Shown one piece after another: positions 1-10,311 of a stretch of 64,000 nt of DNA (positions are counted from its first letter, which is position 1; every line of letters starts with the position of its first letter). Location of the stretch: sequence record PV245935.1; one strand, 5' to 3'. The translations under genes and the position numbers were made by a program. Source of the stretch: Escherichia phage kaset. The notes under the pieces were generated by a model. It did no database searches, had not been told where the DNA came from, and saw nothing but the letters and a program-made list of their open reading frames with translations.

Positions 1-1461
1 ATGAATAAAATATTAACACATAATTGGAAAGTCATGTACCAGTTGAATCCTGCTTTAAGAGAAGTCTGGAAGACGAAAGCGCGATACAAAGTGATATACG
101 GCGGTCGTGCATCTTCCAAATCGCATGATGCCGCTGGTTTTGCTATTTATTTGGCGGCAAACTTCAAATTAAAATTCCTTTGCGTTCGACAATTCCAGAA
201 CAAGATTTCTGAATCAGTATATACGCTACTAAAAGACAAAATAGAAATTTCTGATTTCAAAGATGAGTTTAACTTATTAAAGAACTCTATTGAACACAAA
301 AGAACAAAATCTGAATTCTTATTTTACGGTATCGCACGCAACGTTGACGAAATCAAATCAACAGAGGGCGTTGATGTTCTTTGGCTTGAGGAAGCGCATG
401 CACTGACTGAAGAGCAATGGGATATTATTGAGCCGACAATTCGTAAGGAAGGGTCCGAAATATGGATCATATTTAACCCTGATGAAGAGGCTGATTTCGT
501 CTACCAGAACTTTGTCATGCGACCGCCGAAGAATGCCATCGTTAAGAAGATTAACTGGCAGGACAATCCATTCTTGTCGCAAACAATGCTTGATGTTATC
601 GCTGGAATGTATGATCGTGACCCGAAAAAGGCAGAACACGTTTATGGCGGAGTACCGAAGACTGGCGGCGACAAGTCGGTAATCAACCGTGCATTTGTCA
701 AGGCCGCGCTAAACCTCCACAAACACCCTACGCTGGGATGGAGCTTGTCAGGGTCTAACCGTATAGGCTTTGACGTGGCGGACGACGGCGACGACTTAAA
801 CGCCACAGCATTTGTCACTGGCAACGTATTGCGCGGCATCAAGACATGGGAAGGTCTTGAAGATGAGTTGCTTAAGTCCGCAAGCGGAGTCTGGAAAGAT
901 GCATTGACATTCGGCGCATCAATTACCTATGACGCCATCGGTGTTGGTGCATTTGCTGGTTCAAAATTTGATGAGCTTAATGAGTATGCAATCCATGAAA
1001 ATCCAACATTCCCAAGAATCGAATTTAATGCGTTCAACGCGCAAGGTGCTGTTGATGATCCTGATGACGTCTTCCTTGAGTTACCACACGTTGAAATACT
1101 CAATAAAGACCATTTCGCAAACATAAAAGCGCAAAAATGGACTGAGATTGCCGAACGATTCAGGAAGACATATGAGTATGCGACAGGGCAGGCCGTATAT
1201 CCGACTGATGAGTTGATTTCCATCGACACGGACGGCATTCCAGAACTTGGTATTCCTGCTTGGACTGCGGAAGAGATTGAGACGTTTCTTTTTGAGATGT
1301 CAGCGCCGCGCAAAGACACGTCTGTTCTTGGTAAGTTCAAAGTTGAATCGAAAAAAGATATGGCAAAGCGTGGAGTCAAATCGCCTAACAAAGCGGACGC
1401 CGCAATTATGGCATTGATGAAACCAATTGTTGCAGCATCCGGCTTCTTCTCTAACCTTTAA
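1..1461 (+). CDS. terL: terminase large subunit (ATPase + nuclease)
   Basis: 486 aa ORF starting at window position 1; P-loop-like YGGRASSKS, Walker B-like LWLEEAH, acidic C-terminal nuclease-like half; heads the morphogenesis block. Confidence 0.8.
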   Translation: MNKILTHNWKVMYQLNPALREVWKTKARYKVIYGGRASSKSHDAAGFAIYLAANFKLKFLCVRQFQNKISESVYTLLKDKIEISDFKDEFNLLKNSIEHKRTKSEFLFYGIARNVDEIKSTEGVDVLWLEEAHALTEEQWDIIEPTIRKEGSEIWIIFNPDEEADFVYQNFVMRPPKNAIVKKINWQDNPFLSQTMLDVIAGMYDRDPKKAEHVYGGVPKTGGDKSVINRAFVKAALNLHKHPTLGWSLSGSNRIGFDVADDGDDLNATAFVTGNVLRGIKTWEGLEDELLKSASGVWKDALTFGASITYDAIGVGAFAGSKFDELNEYAIHENPTFPRIEFNAFNAQGAVDDPDDVFLELPHVEILNKDHFANIKAQKWTEIAERFRKTYEYATGQAVYPTDELISIDTDGIPELGIPAWTAEEIETFLFEMSAPRKDTSVLGKFKVESKKDMAKRGVKSPNKADAAIMALMKPIVAASGFFSNL

Positions 1462-1464
1462 CAA

Positions 1465-1704
1465 TTAAAGCATTCCGTGCTGAAGGTCGAGCTTTCTTGC
1501 GGCAAACGACCTGGCACGGAATCGCTTACCCGCTCTTACTGCCTGTCGAATCTTCTTTTGCAAACACTTACGGTCAAAATCGTTGCGGTCGACGGCTTCG
1601 AGTAAATCGCGACGCAGCGCACCCAGTGTCGACTTATCGGAGACTTCAACGCCCAGCGCGGCTGCAACGTCTTTCAAAACATCGAGTTCGGTTAAAGTTC
1701 TCAT
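1465..1704 (-). CDS. hypothetical protein with HeH/Rho-N-like helix-hairpin motif
   Basis: 79 aa ORF; N-terminal LTELDVLKDVAAALGV resembles HeH/SAP DNA-binding motif; start overlaps stop of upstream minus gene (ATGA). Confidence 0.4.
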   Translation of the reverse strand: MRTLTELDVLKDVAAALGVEVSDKSTLGALRRDLLEAVDRNDFDRKCLQKKIRQAVRAGKRFRARSFAARKLDLQHGML

Positions 1705-2117
1705 TTGATAATCCCCTTGATGTCTGATTCTGCCATAAAAATTGGAGTGCCGCCGCCAGGAACAATCGAGCGCGTAACTTTGTCAAACATATCGTTTTCT
1801 TCAACTTGAATACGATAAAATTTATTTTTGGATGAAGATGGGCACAATCCCATAAATTTGCCGATGCCGCGAACGCATTCATCTTCAAAATATACTGTTT
1901 CACCTTGAATCGAGTCGATGTCTTCTACTGGATAGACCTTGCGACCCAACAACCACTCATCCAAAGTCGCCTGCAAGACGTTGCGCGCATCTAAAATCCA
2001 CGGGTCAATAGTAGCACCTTCGTATCGCGCAGCAGTAGCATTTGCCAGTTCTTCATATTCGCATACGTTGACGACTTCGCCTTTGTGCAAGACGACAAAT
2101 ACAATTGTTGTGCTCAT
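1701..2117 (-). CDS. hypothetical protein
   Basis: 138 aa ORF, opposite strand to the flanking terL and portal genes, preceded by AT-rich divergent promoter region. Confidence 0.5.
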   Translation of the reverse strand: MSTTIVFVVLHKGEVVNVCEYEELANATAARYEGATIDPWILDARNVLQATLDEWLLGRKVYPVEDIDSIQGETVYFEDECVRGIGKFMGLCPSSSKNKFYRIQVEENDMFDKVTRSIVPGGGTPIFMAESDIKGIIK

Positions 2118-2212
2118 TTCAATCTCCTTTCGTTTGGTTAACTAAAATATAACTCAAAATGATACAAAAGCAAAATATTTTATGAACTATTTATGATCAC
2201 CATACATATCAT

Positions 2213-2241
2213 TTGCTTACAAACACATGAATATTTATAAT
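2213..2241 (+). promoter_or_regulatory. sigma70-like promoter upstream of portal gene
   Basis: TTGCTT-N17-TATAAT in AT-rich intergenic region 2118-2279. Confidence 0.35.
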
Positions 2242-2279
2242 ATAGATTGATTCCCTTTCACTGTCAGGTGGCGTTAACA

Positions 2280-4655
2280 ATGAAAATTCTTGGCATAAAA
2301 CTCTGGGAGAAGACGCAACCAGAAGCCGAACCAGCGGAGATGCCGCCAGGCGACCCATTGGCACCGTTTGAACGCCTTGAAAGGCGCGGCAGCGGTCAAC
2401 GCTGGGACAAGACCGAAAGCAATCGACCGACCTTTAAAACGGTTGATGACTTCCCTTTATATGAGCCTGATATTAATGGCGACGGTGTTGCGATCATAAA
2501 AGGTCGCTCAGTCGATTCTGCAACAGTATCCAAAAAGGTCATGGACAATGCCTTAAAGAACATTAGTTCAGAAGGGCAGGTCAACCCATACACAGTACCT
2601 ATTCAACTTCAAAACTGGTATTTGTCACAGTCATTCATCGGCTATCAAGCTTGTGCCATTATCGCACAGCATTGGCTGGTGAACAAGGCGTGTTCCATGG
2701 TAGGACGCGATGCTGTCCGTAAAGGCTGGGAAGTTAAATCCAGTTCTGAGTCAGAATTGTCAGTACAGGCGAGCGAACGCCTAAAGCAAATTGATAAAGA
2801 ATTTAATATCAAAGAGCACTTAGTTGAAGCCGAACGATTCAAAAATATTTTTGGTATCCGCGTCATCATATTTGATGTGCGTAGCGATGACCCAGAATAC
2901 TACAGCAAGCCTTTTAACATTGATGGCGTGACAAAGGGGTCTTATAAGGGAATCATTCAGGTTGACCCTTATTGGATGATGCCATTTCTTACGTCTGAAA
3001 ACACCGCCGACCCTGCATCACAGCACTTCTATGATCCAGAATACTGGGTGATAAGCGGCCAGCGTTATCATCGCAGCCATCTAATCATCTTGCGCAATGA
3101 TGAACCAGCTGATATTCTCAAGCCGACTTATATCTATGGCGGCATTCCTTTGACTCAGCAGATTTATGAACGCATCTATGCCGCTGAACGTACCGCTAAC
3201 GAAGCCCCATTGCTGGCGATGTCCAAGCGTACGACCACGCTGCGGACCGACGTTGACAAAGCTATTGCCAATGAGCGTTCTTTCGCAGAGCGTTTGATGA
3301 TGTGGATTAAGTACCGCGACAACTATGCAGTCAAAGTGCTTGGTCAAAAAGAAGAGATGGACCAGTTCGACATAAACTTGTCAGACTTCGATAGCATCAT
3401 CATGAACCAGTACCAGCTGGTGGCCGCAATCGCAAAAGTTCCGTCAACCAAACTGCTTGGGACTTCGCCAAAAGGCTTTAACGCCACTGGTGAATTTGAG
3501 ATGGTCAGCTATCACGAAGAGTTGGAAACTTGCCAGCAGCATGACCTGACAAAAATTCTCGACCGCCATTACAAAATCCTTCTCAAATCAGAAGGGGTGG
3601 AAGTCGATGTTAAGGTTGCATGGGAACCAGTTGGCTCACTTACTGCCACTCAACTTGCGGAAATCAACGACAAGAGAGCTAACACTGGCAAAACTCTTAT
3701 TGATGCTGGCGTCATTTCTCCTGATGAAGAGCGCGACCGCATCAAAGACGACAAAAACAGCGGCTACAACCGCTTGCCGGAAGATGCAGCAGAAGAAACC
3801 CCAGGGATGTCTCCAGAGAATATGGCATTGCTTGGCAAGTCTGCTGGTGAAGTCCTGCAAGGTAAAGCCGATATTGAACAGGCGAAGGCTGATGTCGTTA
3901 AGATGGGCGGCCAGTTCTACAGCGAAACAGGTATTATGCCAGAAGGTGCCGCGCGTGGTGAGTTGGCGGAAAACCCTGACAGAGCGCCTGTCGAAATCAA
4001 CATGGACGATACCGATGATGAATCAAGCCATCAGGTTGATGTTCTAACGCAGCTGAAGGAAGGTCTGGAGGGTATTGCGGATTACTACCTGAAAGAAGGT
4101 CAGGATGTGGATTTTGACCCTCAAAAAGATTCACGGTCGGTGCAACCGTCTACCCTTCCAAGCGTCAAAGGTAATGTCGTTAACTTACGACACAACGTTG
4201 GAAAGATGGACGCAGCATCGTTACCTAAGATGAAGTTGCACGGGCTGATTCTTGGGATTGAGAATCCTCGCAACAGCATCCGTAGAGGGAACAGCCTTGA
4301 CGGTGAATGGGCAGTCAAGATGCCGCATCACTACGGATTCATCAAGGGCACTAAGGGCGCGGACGGCGATGAAGTCGACTGCTTTGTTGGTCCAAATATG
4401 AAGTCGCCGAAGGTCTTTATCGTTAACCAGAACGATAATTACTCTGGCGAGTTTGATGAACACAAGTGTATGCTTGGATTCGATTCAGCAGAAGAAGCGA
4501 AAGAAGCTTATCAAGCATCATTTGGTAACGGTTGGAATGGATTCGACTCAATCCACGAATTAGATGTGAACTCATTCAAGGAGTGGTTGAAGGGTGATTG
4601 CTCTCAAGCATACGGAGCACTCAATAATCCTACTAATTCACCGAAGCAAGGTTGA
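2280..4655 (+). CDS. portal protein with C-terminal extension
   Basis: 792 aa from ATG 2280 (RBS AGGTGG upstream; ORF track TTG 2247); position directly after terL, size and central region typical of portal proteins; C-terminal ~180 aa of unknown function. Confidence 0.6.
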   Translation: MKILGIKLWEKTQPEAEPAEMPPGDPLAPFERLERRGSGQRWDKTESNRPTFKTVDDFPLYEPDINGDGVAIIKGRSVDSATVSKKVMDNALKNISSEGQVNPYTVPIQLQNWYLSQSFIGYQACAIIAQHWLVNKACSMVGRDAVRKGWEVKSSSESELSVQASERLKQIDKEFNIKEHLVEAERFKNIFGIRVIIFDVRSDDPEYYSKPFNIDGVTKGSYKGIIQVDPYWMMPFLTSENTADPASQHFYDPEYWVISGQRYHRSHLIILRNDEPADILKPTYIYGGIPLTQQIYERIYAAERTANEAPLLAMSKRTTTLRTDVDKAIANERSFAERLMMWIKYRDNYAVKVLGQKEEMDQFDINLSDFDSIIMNQYQLVAAIAKVPSTKLLGTSPKGFNATGEFEMVSYHEELETCQQHDLTKILDRHYKILLKSEGVEVDVKVAWEPVGSLTATQLAEINDKRANTGKTLIDAGVISPDEERDRIKDDKNSGYNRLPEDAAEETPGMSPENMALLGKSAGEVLQGKADIEQAKADVVKMGGQFYSETGIMPEGAARGELAENPDRAPVEINMDDTDDESSHQVDVLTQLKEGLEGIADYYLKEGQDVDFDPQKDSRSVQPSTLPSVKGNVVNLRHNVGKMDAASLPKMKLHGLILGIENPRNSIRRGNSLDGEWAVKMPHHYGFIKGTKGADGDEVDCFVGPNMKSPKVFIVNQNDNYSGEFDEHKCMLGFDSAEEAKEAYQASFGNGWNGFDSIHELDVNSFKEWLKGDCSQAYGALNNPTNSPKQG

Positions 4656-4656
4656 T

Positions 4657-5508
4657 ATGGCTTTTAAAGCTTCGAAAAAACGTGAGCGCCGCTCACCCGA
4701 TAGAATCGGGCGCGGCAGTCCGATAATCCCATCAAACGCTATTGCGATGGCCTACCGTCGTGAGATGAAAGGTCTTTGCTATGCGATGATTGATGACTAT
4801 CAGGAAGGCATTTCAGAATGGCTTGACAAGAAGCAGGTGCAGAAGTTTTTTGCGCAAGACTCTGCTGATTCGACATTCCAGACCCTTATGAAACGGCTGC
4901 AGCTGAAATGGGCAAAGGCGTTTGCACGTGTTGGGTCGAAGATTGCTGCTGATTTTGTCAAATCGGTCGAAAAGGGTGCCACTTCTGCTACATTCGCCAG
5001 CCTTAAGTCCGCAGGCATAGAAGCGCCAAAGGCCACGTACAACAAATTCGTTGAGAACACTCTTAGAACAAGCGAGACATTTAACACGACTCTAGTGACC
5101 AAGGTCGGCGAGGATATTCACAACAGAGTGTACGAAGCAGTAATGCTTTCACTGACTTCGCCCGACCCAGCCAAACAAGGCACGTCAGGCATTCAGGCGG
5201 CGCTGCGAAACGTCAAACACTTTTCTGCAAAGAGAGTCGATTTAATCGCTAAAGATCAAACAAGTAAATTGTATTGCGTTCTAAGCGATGAAAGAATGCG
5301 CCAGAATGGAGTTGAAGAATTTGAGTGGGCGCACTCAGGAGCAGGAAAGGAGCCGCGAATCTCTCATGAACACGTCGACGGAATGAGATTCAAACTTGAT
5401 GACAAGCGTCTATGGGAAGTTGGCGGAGAATTGAAGTTCAAAAAGGGCGACATCGGTCCTCCTGGATGGGCGATACACTGCAAGTGCAGGAAAATACCAA
5501 TCATTTGA
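4657..5508 (+). CDS. minor head / head morphogenesis protein (Mu F / SPP1 gp7-like)
   Basis: 284 aa; starts 2 nt after portal stop; typical gene order portal then MuF-like protein. Confidence 0.5.
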   Translation: MAFKASKKRERRSPDRIGRGSPIIPSNAIAMAYRREMKGLCYAMIDDYQEGISEWLDKKQVQKFFAQDSADSTFQTLMKRLQLKWAKAFARVGSKIAADFVKSVEKGATSATFASLKSAGIEAPKATYNKFVENTLRTSETFNTTLVTKVGEDIHNRVYEAVMLSLTSPDPAKQGTSGIQAALRNVKHFSAKRVDLIAKDQTSKLYCVLSDERMRQNGVEEFEWAHSGAGKEPRISHEHVDGMRFKLDDKRLWEVGGELKFKKGDIGPPGWAIHCKCRKIPII

Positions 5509-5515
5509 GGTCATT

Positions 5516-6436
5516 ATGACGATACCAATCAGCACGTTTCCTCTATCTGGACAAACGCCAGTATTACCTGCTGTATATGCGAACGGTTTGGCGATTGTTT
5601 CAGAATTTACATCCGATAAAAATTTGATTGTTCCATTGAGTCCGCCATTGGCATCTGGATACAATTCAGTCGGACAATTCTTTATGATCGGTAATGATGG
5701 AGATTCTACCAGCAAACCGAATCTGACCCTTTCAGTCCCCAAAATGAACATAACAGACGTGCAGACTGGTTTGACTGCATCTACAATCACCATCGCTTTT
5801 GGAGAAGCAGTGATTATAGGCATGGAGTCTGGAGGGTCCAAGAATGCTGTCGCCGTTAAAGTAGTCAAATCCAGCGGCAACCAATACACATTACCAGCAG
5901 CAACGGCTTCTGTTCTTGGCGGAGTCAAAATAGGGAGTGGCATAAGCGTTGCAGGTGACGGTACAATTAGCGTGACTCAATACTCATTACCGATTGCATC
6001 AGCATCAACCTTGGGTGGCATAAAGGTAGGTACGACACTATCAATTGATGGTTCTGGAGTTCTCAATGCTGCTGCAAGCACTGTGCAGAACGCAAGCAAC
6101 AGCGTAAGCAATCCTCCGACAACTCTGGTGAATCTGGCAACCTTAAACCTGCCTGCAGGGAAATGGCTTGTGACAGCAAGTCAGTTGACTGTTGCGACAG
6201 AAGGAGTTCAAGCGAATACCGGAATTACAGTCAAACTGTCAACAAGTAATTCAGATATTACGGATGATGCATTTACGATGTCAGCTGGCATTCGGGCTGC
6301 AGGTCGTTTCGGCGGCAATATTCCAACAAAAATAATTACTCTTGCCGCGCCTGGCAACGTGTATCTAAACTATCAATGCACAGACGCATTGACATCTACC
6401 GTTTACGGACAGATCACCGCAATTAAGTTGAACTAA
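5516..6436 (+). CDS. hypothetical virion protein with internal Gly/Ser/Thr-rich repeats
   Basis: 306 aa; repeated segments ASVLGGVKIGSGISVAGDGTISV and ASTLGGIKVGTTLSIDGSGVL. Confidence 0.5.
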   Translation: MTIPISTFPLSGQTPVLPAVYANGLAIVSEFTSDKNLIVPLSPPLASGYNSVGQFFMIGNDGDSTSKPNLTLSVPKMNITDVQTGLTASTITIAFGEAVIIGMESGGSKNAVAVKVVKSSGNQYTLPAATASVLGGVKIGSGISVAGDGTISVTQYSLPIASASTLGGIKVGTTLSIDGSGVLNAAASTVQNASNSVSNPPTTLVNLATLNLPAGKWLVTASQLTVATEGVQANTGITVKLSTSNSDITDDAFTMSAGIRAAGRFGGNIPTKIITLAAPGNVYLNYQCTDALTSTVYGQITAIKLN

Positions 6437-6446
6437 AGAGGAAGTT

Positions 6447-6584
6447 ATGCAAAAGATTATTCAGTCACGTTACGTTAAAGTGCGAAATATTAATTGCAAC
6501 TCTTTGCTTTCTTGGAAATGGGCTGTTTACGACTCGATGCTGATTGGCGTTTTAGTTGCTGGAGTGCTTTTTAATATTCACTGA
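6447..6584 (+). CDS. small hypothetical protein (45 aa, hydrophobic C-terminus)
   Basis: ATG 6447 preceded by AGAGGAAG RBS; not in ORF track (under 60 aa); C-terminal MLIGVLVAGVLF hydrophobic stretch. Confidence 0.35.
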   Translation: MQKIIQSRYVKVRNINCNSLLSWKWAVYDSMLIGVLVAGVLFNIH

Positions 6585-6589
6585 ATCGC

Positions 6590-6960
6590 CTGGCAGTGGA
6601 TTGCCGCAGGATTTTACGCGTATAATGACGTATCATCCGTATCAAGTAAGTAGTTGTTTTCAAAAGAATCTTACGGATGATACGGATGATACGCGTTGCC
6701 GCGATACTTTATAGGAATTCAAATAAATTAATTTAAAATTATATATCTAATTTAATTTTATTTTTTTATAAACTCTTATATATGAAAAGTATCCGTATCA
6801 TCCGTATCATCCGTAGCACACCAGTGATAGCGCGGCTTATACACCGATACGGATAAAAATACGCCTCATTTTATCCGTATCATCCGTATCACACTAATTA
6901 AGGCGCGGCTATATCGGTTGTTATACATATTCAAACCATAATTATTGTTTGCCTAAGTTT
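6590..6960. repeat. noncoding region with 9-bp ATCATCCGT/ACGGATGAT repeats in both orientations plus CGTATAATGACGTA box (copy A)
   Basis: tandem copies at 6631-6644, 6672-6695 (inverted), 6791-6816, 6872-6890; a ~45 bp core is nearly identical to 58758-58800. Confidence 0.7.
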
Positions 6961-6977
6961 TTTTCATTAGATATAAT
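6949..6977 (+). promoter_or_regulatory. sigma70-like promoter upstream of protease/scaffold gene
   Basis: TTGCCT-N17-TATAAT, 24 bp upstream of ATG 7001. Confidence 0.4.
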
Positions 6978-7000
6978 ACACAATACTTATTTGAGGGTGG

Positions 7001-8422
7001 ATGCGAATGCAAACGGCACGCGAAATTGACAAAAATGGATTCTTGACGATTGTGGGTTGTCCCATTTCGTCATTTGGCATTTTTGATTATTCTGCAGGTC
7101 AGGTTGGACTTGATGGTGATCCGAATCGCATCGTAAAAGTTTATCGCCCAGAGTCAGCGGTGAAAGACCCCGAAGCGATAGATTCATTCAAAAATATCCC
7201 TTTCATCGACAATCACGAAATGCTTTCTGGATTCGAAGGTGATGAGGATAACACGGCACCCGAAGAGTATGGCGTTGATGGAGTTCTAACTGGCAATGTT
7301 TATTATGACAAGCCATGGATGCGCGGCGACCTTAAAGTTTTTAGCCGTCGTCTGAAGAAAGCCATCGATTCTGGAAAGGTTGACTTGTCTTTGGGCTATG
7401 ACTGTGAATTCATCATACAGTCTGGAGAGTTTGACGGGCAGCCGTATGAAGTGGTACAGACAACTCTTCGCGGCAACCACATTGCTCTCGTGGACGTTGG
7501 TCGAGTACCAGGTGCACGGGTGCTGGATGGTCGTTGCTTTGACCATCTTTGTTTGACGACTGTAACACCATCCAACGAGGATTTAGATATGCCAAAACCG
7601 TTAAAAGGTAAAGCGCGTGATAATGCTGTTGAACAGCTGAAATCACTGATCCCTGCGCTCGAACAATTTCTGAATGAAGAGAGCACCGAAGCTGCTCATC
7701 AGGATGAAGTTGAAGTGAAAGCAGAAGAGAAGGATTCAACCGAAGAACGTGAAGAAGTGATGGTTGATCCAGAAGTCAAAGCAGAAGCTGAAGAGACTCC
7801 AGAAGGTGAAGAGAAGTTTGAAGTTGAAACTGAATCTCACGCTGGTGGCGAGCTTCCGCAACTGATCAGCCAAATCGAAGCACTTATTGCAAAACTGAAA
7901 GGTGGCGCGGTAGGTGATGAAGAAGAAGTTGAAGCCGAAGTCAAAGACGAAGAAGAAGTTGAAGTCAAGGCTGAAGATGTATCACCTTGCGACAAAGCTG
8001 AAGATGTGGTTAGCGGCCTGCAAAACAGCAACGTAAAGGGGGCTTCGGTCGAAAAAGATGACAAACCGACAAAAGCGGCGAAAGCGTCGCCAGGTCCAGC
8101 AAAAGGGGAACACTCAATGGCATCTGATTCAGCAGTTGCTGCTTTCTACGCTGATTCTGCTCGTAAGAATAGCCTCTACCAGCGCCTGTCTAAAGTTGTT
8201 GGTGCCTTTGATCATGCAACTATGGACTCCAAGTCCGTAGCGAAATATGGCGCTAAAAAGTTAGGCTTGAAGTGCGTTGATGGCGCTGAGTTTGACGTTG
8301 TGGATAACTATCTGCGCGGCGTTGAACACGGTCAAAAACAGCGTGTAGTCGCAAAACAAAAGGCCGCTGCGGATTCTGCAGCAACTGACGAAGCATTTGA
8401 AGCTTGGTTGAAAGGGGAATAA
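7001..8422 (+). CDS. prohead protease / scaffolding fusion protein
   Basis: 473 aa; globular N-terminal domain followed by highly acidic Glu/Val/Lys-rich coiled-coil region (EEVEAEVKDEEEVEVKAED) typical of scaffolds; lies before the capsid gene. Confidence 0.5.
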   Translation: MRMQTAREIDKNGFLTIVGCPISSFGIFDYSAGQVGLDGDPNRIVKVYRPESAVKDPEAIDSFKNIPFIDNHEMLSGFEGDEDNTAPEEYGVDGVLTGNVYYDKPWMRGDLKVFSRRLKKAIDSGKVDLSLGYDCEFIIQSGEFDGQPYEVVQTTLRGNHIALVDVGRVPGARVLDGRCFDHLCLTTVTPSNEDLDMPKPLKGKARDNAVEQLKSLIPALEQFLNEESTEAAHQDEVEVKAEEKDSTEEREEVMVDPEVKAEAEETPEGEEKFEVETESHAGGELPQLISQIEALIAKLKGGAVGDEEEVEAEVKDEEEVEVKAEDVSPCDKAEDVVSGLQNSNVKGASVEKDDKPTKAAKASPGPAKGEHSMASDSAVAAFYADSARKNSLYQRLSKVVGAFDHATMDSKSVAKYGAKKLGLKCVDGAEFDVVDNYLRGVEHGQKQRVVAKQKAAADSAATDEAFEAWLKGE

Positions 8423-8424
8423 AC

Positions 8425-9042
8425 ATGACTTTCCAAACTAGTGTAGGCCGTCAATATACAACTGGCTTTCCTGGCGACATCGTTCGCGACGGCCCACAGC
8501 GTGGGAAGCCAGGCCGAATTGCCAACGCTAACGAAGGCGCAAACGTAAACGCCATCAGCCGTGTGTTCGGTTTTAAGACTGACGTATCCTTAATGGGTAC
8601 TGGTCAAACCAAAACTTTGGGCGCGCAGGACTTTGAAGTTGAGCTGGGCGGCACTAACTACTACGGCATCCTCGGTAATAGCAAGCGTTACGCGCTGTAT
8701 GGCAACTCTACTGGTCCTTTAGGTGCCAGCATGGTTCTGCCTCAATATAGCGAAGGCGAGTTTTACGATATGTGCACGGGCCTTGTAGTTGAAGTATTCA
8801 ACCCAAGCACCAGCCCGCAGACGCTTAACTATGGCGACCTGCTCGCTTATGTACCTAAAGGCATTTCCGGCGCGAACAACCCGAACAACTTGCCTATTGG
8901 CGCAATTATCGCCTATACTGGCTCACTGCCAACTGGCATGGTTGCCATCCCAGGCGGTATTGTGATTGACCCGACTGCTATTGCCCTTTCCGGTCCAAGC
9001 GTCCAGTCTTCCACTTATACCATTGTACAATTGACTCGTTAA
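8425..9042 (+). CDS. hypothetical head protein (possible decoration protein)
   Basis: 205 aa between scaffold and major capsid genes; Gly-rich. Confidence 0.4.
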   Translation: MTFQTSVGRQYTTGFPGDIVRDGPQRGKPGRIANANEGANVNAISRVFGFKTDVSLMGTGQTKTLGAQDFEVELGGTNYYGILGNSKRYALYGNSTGPLGASMVLPQYSEGEFYDMCTGLVVEVFNPSTSPQTLNYGDLLAYVPKGISGANNPNNLPIGAIIAYTGSLPTGMVAIPGGIVIDPTAIALSGPSVQSSTYTIVQLTR

Positions 9043-9056
9043 TAGGCAGGTGAATA

Positions 9057-10196
9057 ATGACTCGCATTAGCCAAACACACTCTCGCCTCCCAGCGAGCAA
9101 GGTGCGCCCTTTTGATATGCAATCCGTTACCGACGCGGCTGTTTCCCAGCTTGCTCGTATCGGTATTGTGTTTGATTCCGCGATTGTGCGTGATCAGATT
9201 GAGCACTTAAACCGTGCAGGCGCTTTCCGCGTAGGTGACGCCGCGTTTACTGCACCGCAGACCACGCCATCAATCCCGACCCCGCTGCAGTTCCTGCAAC
9301 AGTGGCTGCCTGGCTTCGTCAAAATCATGACCGCTGCTCGTAAAATTGACGAGCTGGTTGGTATTGACACCGTTGGCCAGTGGGAAGATGCAGAAATCGT
9401 TCAGGGCATTGTTGAACCAGCTGGCACCGCAGTTGAATATGGTGATTTCACCGCCATTCCTCTGGCAAGCTGGAACGTAAACTTTGAACGCCGTTCCATC
9501 GTTCGCGGTGAAATGGGCATGGCAGTCGGCATGCTGGAAGAAGGTCGCGCGTCTGCGATGCGTCTGAACTCCGCAGAAACCAAGCGCCAGCAGGCTGCTG
9601 TATCTCTGGAAATCATGCGTAACGCAATCGGCTTCTATGGTTGGTACAACGGGAACAACCGCACGTTCGGCTTCCTGAATGATCCAAACCTGCCAGCGGC
9701 GATGACTTCAAACACCACTTCCGGCTGGGCTACTGCGACCTTCCAACAGGTGACTGCAGACATCCGTTTGATGGTTCGTCAAATTCGTGTAAACTCTCAG
9801 GACCAGATTGATCCAGAGAAGGTTGACATGACTCTGGCGCTGCCGACCAACTCTATTGATTGGCTGTCAAACACCACCGACTTCGGTATTTCTGTACGTG
9901 ACTGGATCACCCAGACTTATCCGAAGATGAAGATCAAATCTGCACCGGAACTCAACGGCGCACTTGGCAGTGACCCGACTTTCCTGAACGTGGCATATCT
10001 GTACGCTGATCACATCGATTCCTCAATTGATGGCTCAAGCGATGATGGTTCCGTATTCAGTCAGCTGGTCCAGACTAAGTTTATGACTCTGGGCGTTGAG
10101 AAACGTGCTAAGAGCTACGTTGAAGACTACGCAAACGCAACAGCAGGCGTTCTGCTCAAGCGTCCTTTCGCAGTCGTCCGTATGACTGGTATCTAA
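9057..10196 (+). CDS. major capsid protein
   Basis: 379 aa; follows scaffold; host-preferred codons (CTG, CGT, GGT, GAA) consistent with high expression; size typical of HK97-fold capsid proteins. Confidence 0.65.
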   Translation: MTRISQTHSRLPASKVRPFDMQSVTDAAVSQLARIGIVFDSAIVRDQIEHLNRAGAFRVGDAAFTAPQTTPSIPTPLQFLQQWLPGFVKIMTAARKIDELVGIDTVGQWEDAEIVQGIVEPAGTAVEYGDFTAIPLASWNVNFERRSIVRGEMGMAVGMLEEGRASAMRLNSAETKRQQAAVSLEIMRNAIGFYGWYNGNNRTFGFLNDPNLPAAMTSNTTSGWATATFQQVTADIRLMVRQIRVNSQDQIDPEKVDMTLALPTNSIDWLSNTTDFGISVRDWITQTYPKMKIKSAPELNGALGSDPTFLNVAYLYADHIDSSIDGSSDDGSVFSQLVQTKFMTLGVEKRAKSYVEDYANATAGVLLKRPFAVVRMTGI

Positions 10197-10311
10197 TTGC
10201 TGTGATTACACAGTAAAACACATGGGGCGTGGTCGAAAGGCTTCGCCCCATATCAATAGACCTCAAGGGCTGTAGGGGCTTATCTGAGGCTTATATAAAT
10301 AGGACTACAAA

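Noticed and set aside
6600-6640. DnaA boxes or sigma54 promoters as the identity of the repeated motifs
   Set aside because: ATTTGCACTAT does not match TTATCCACA closely, and no GG element sits at the -24 spacing needed for a sigma54 promoter.
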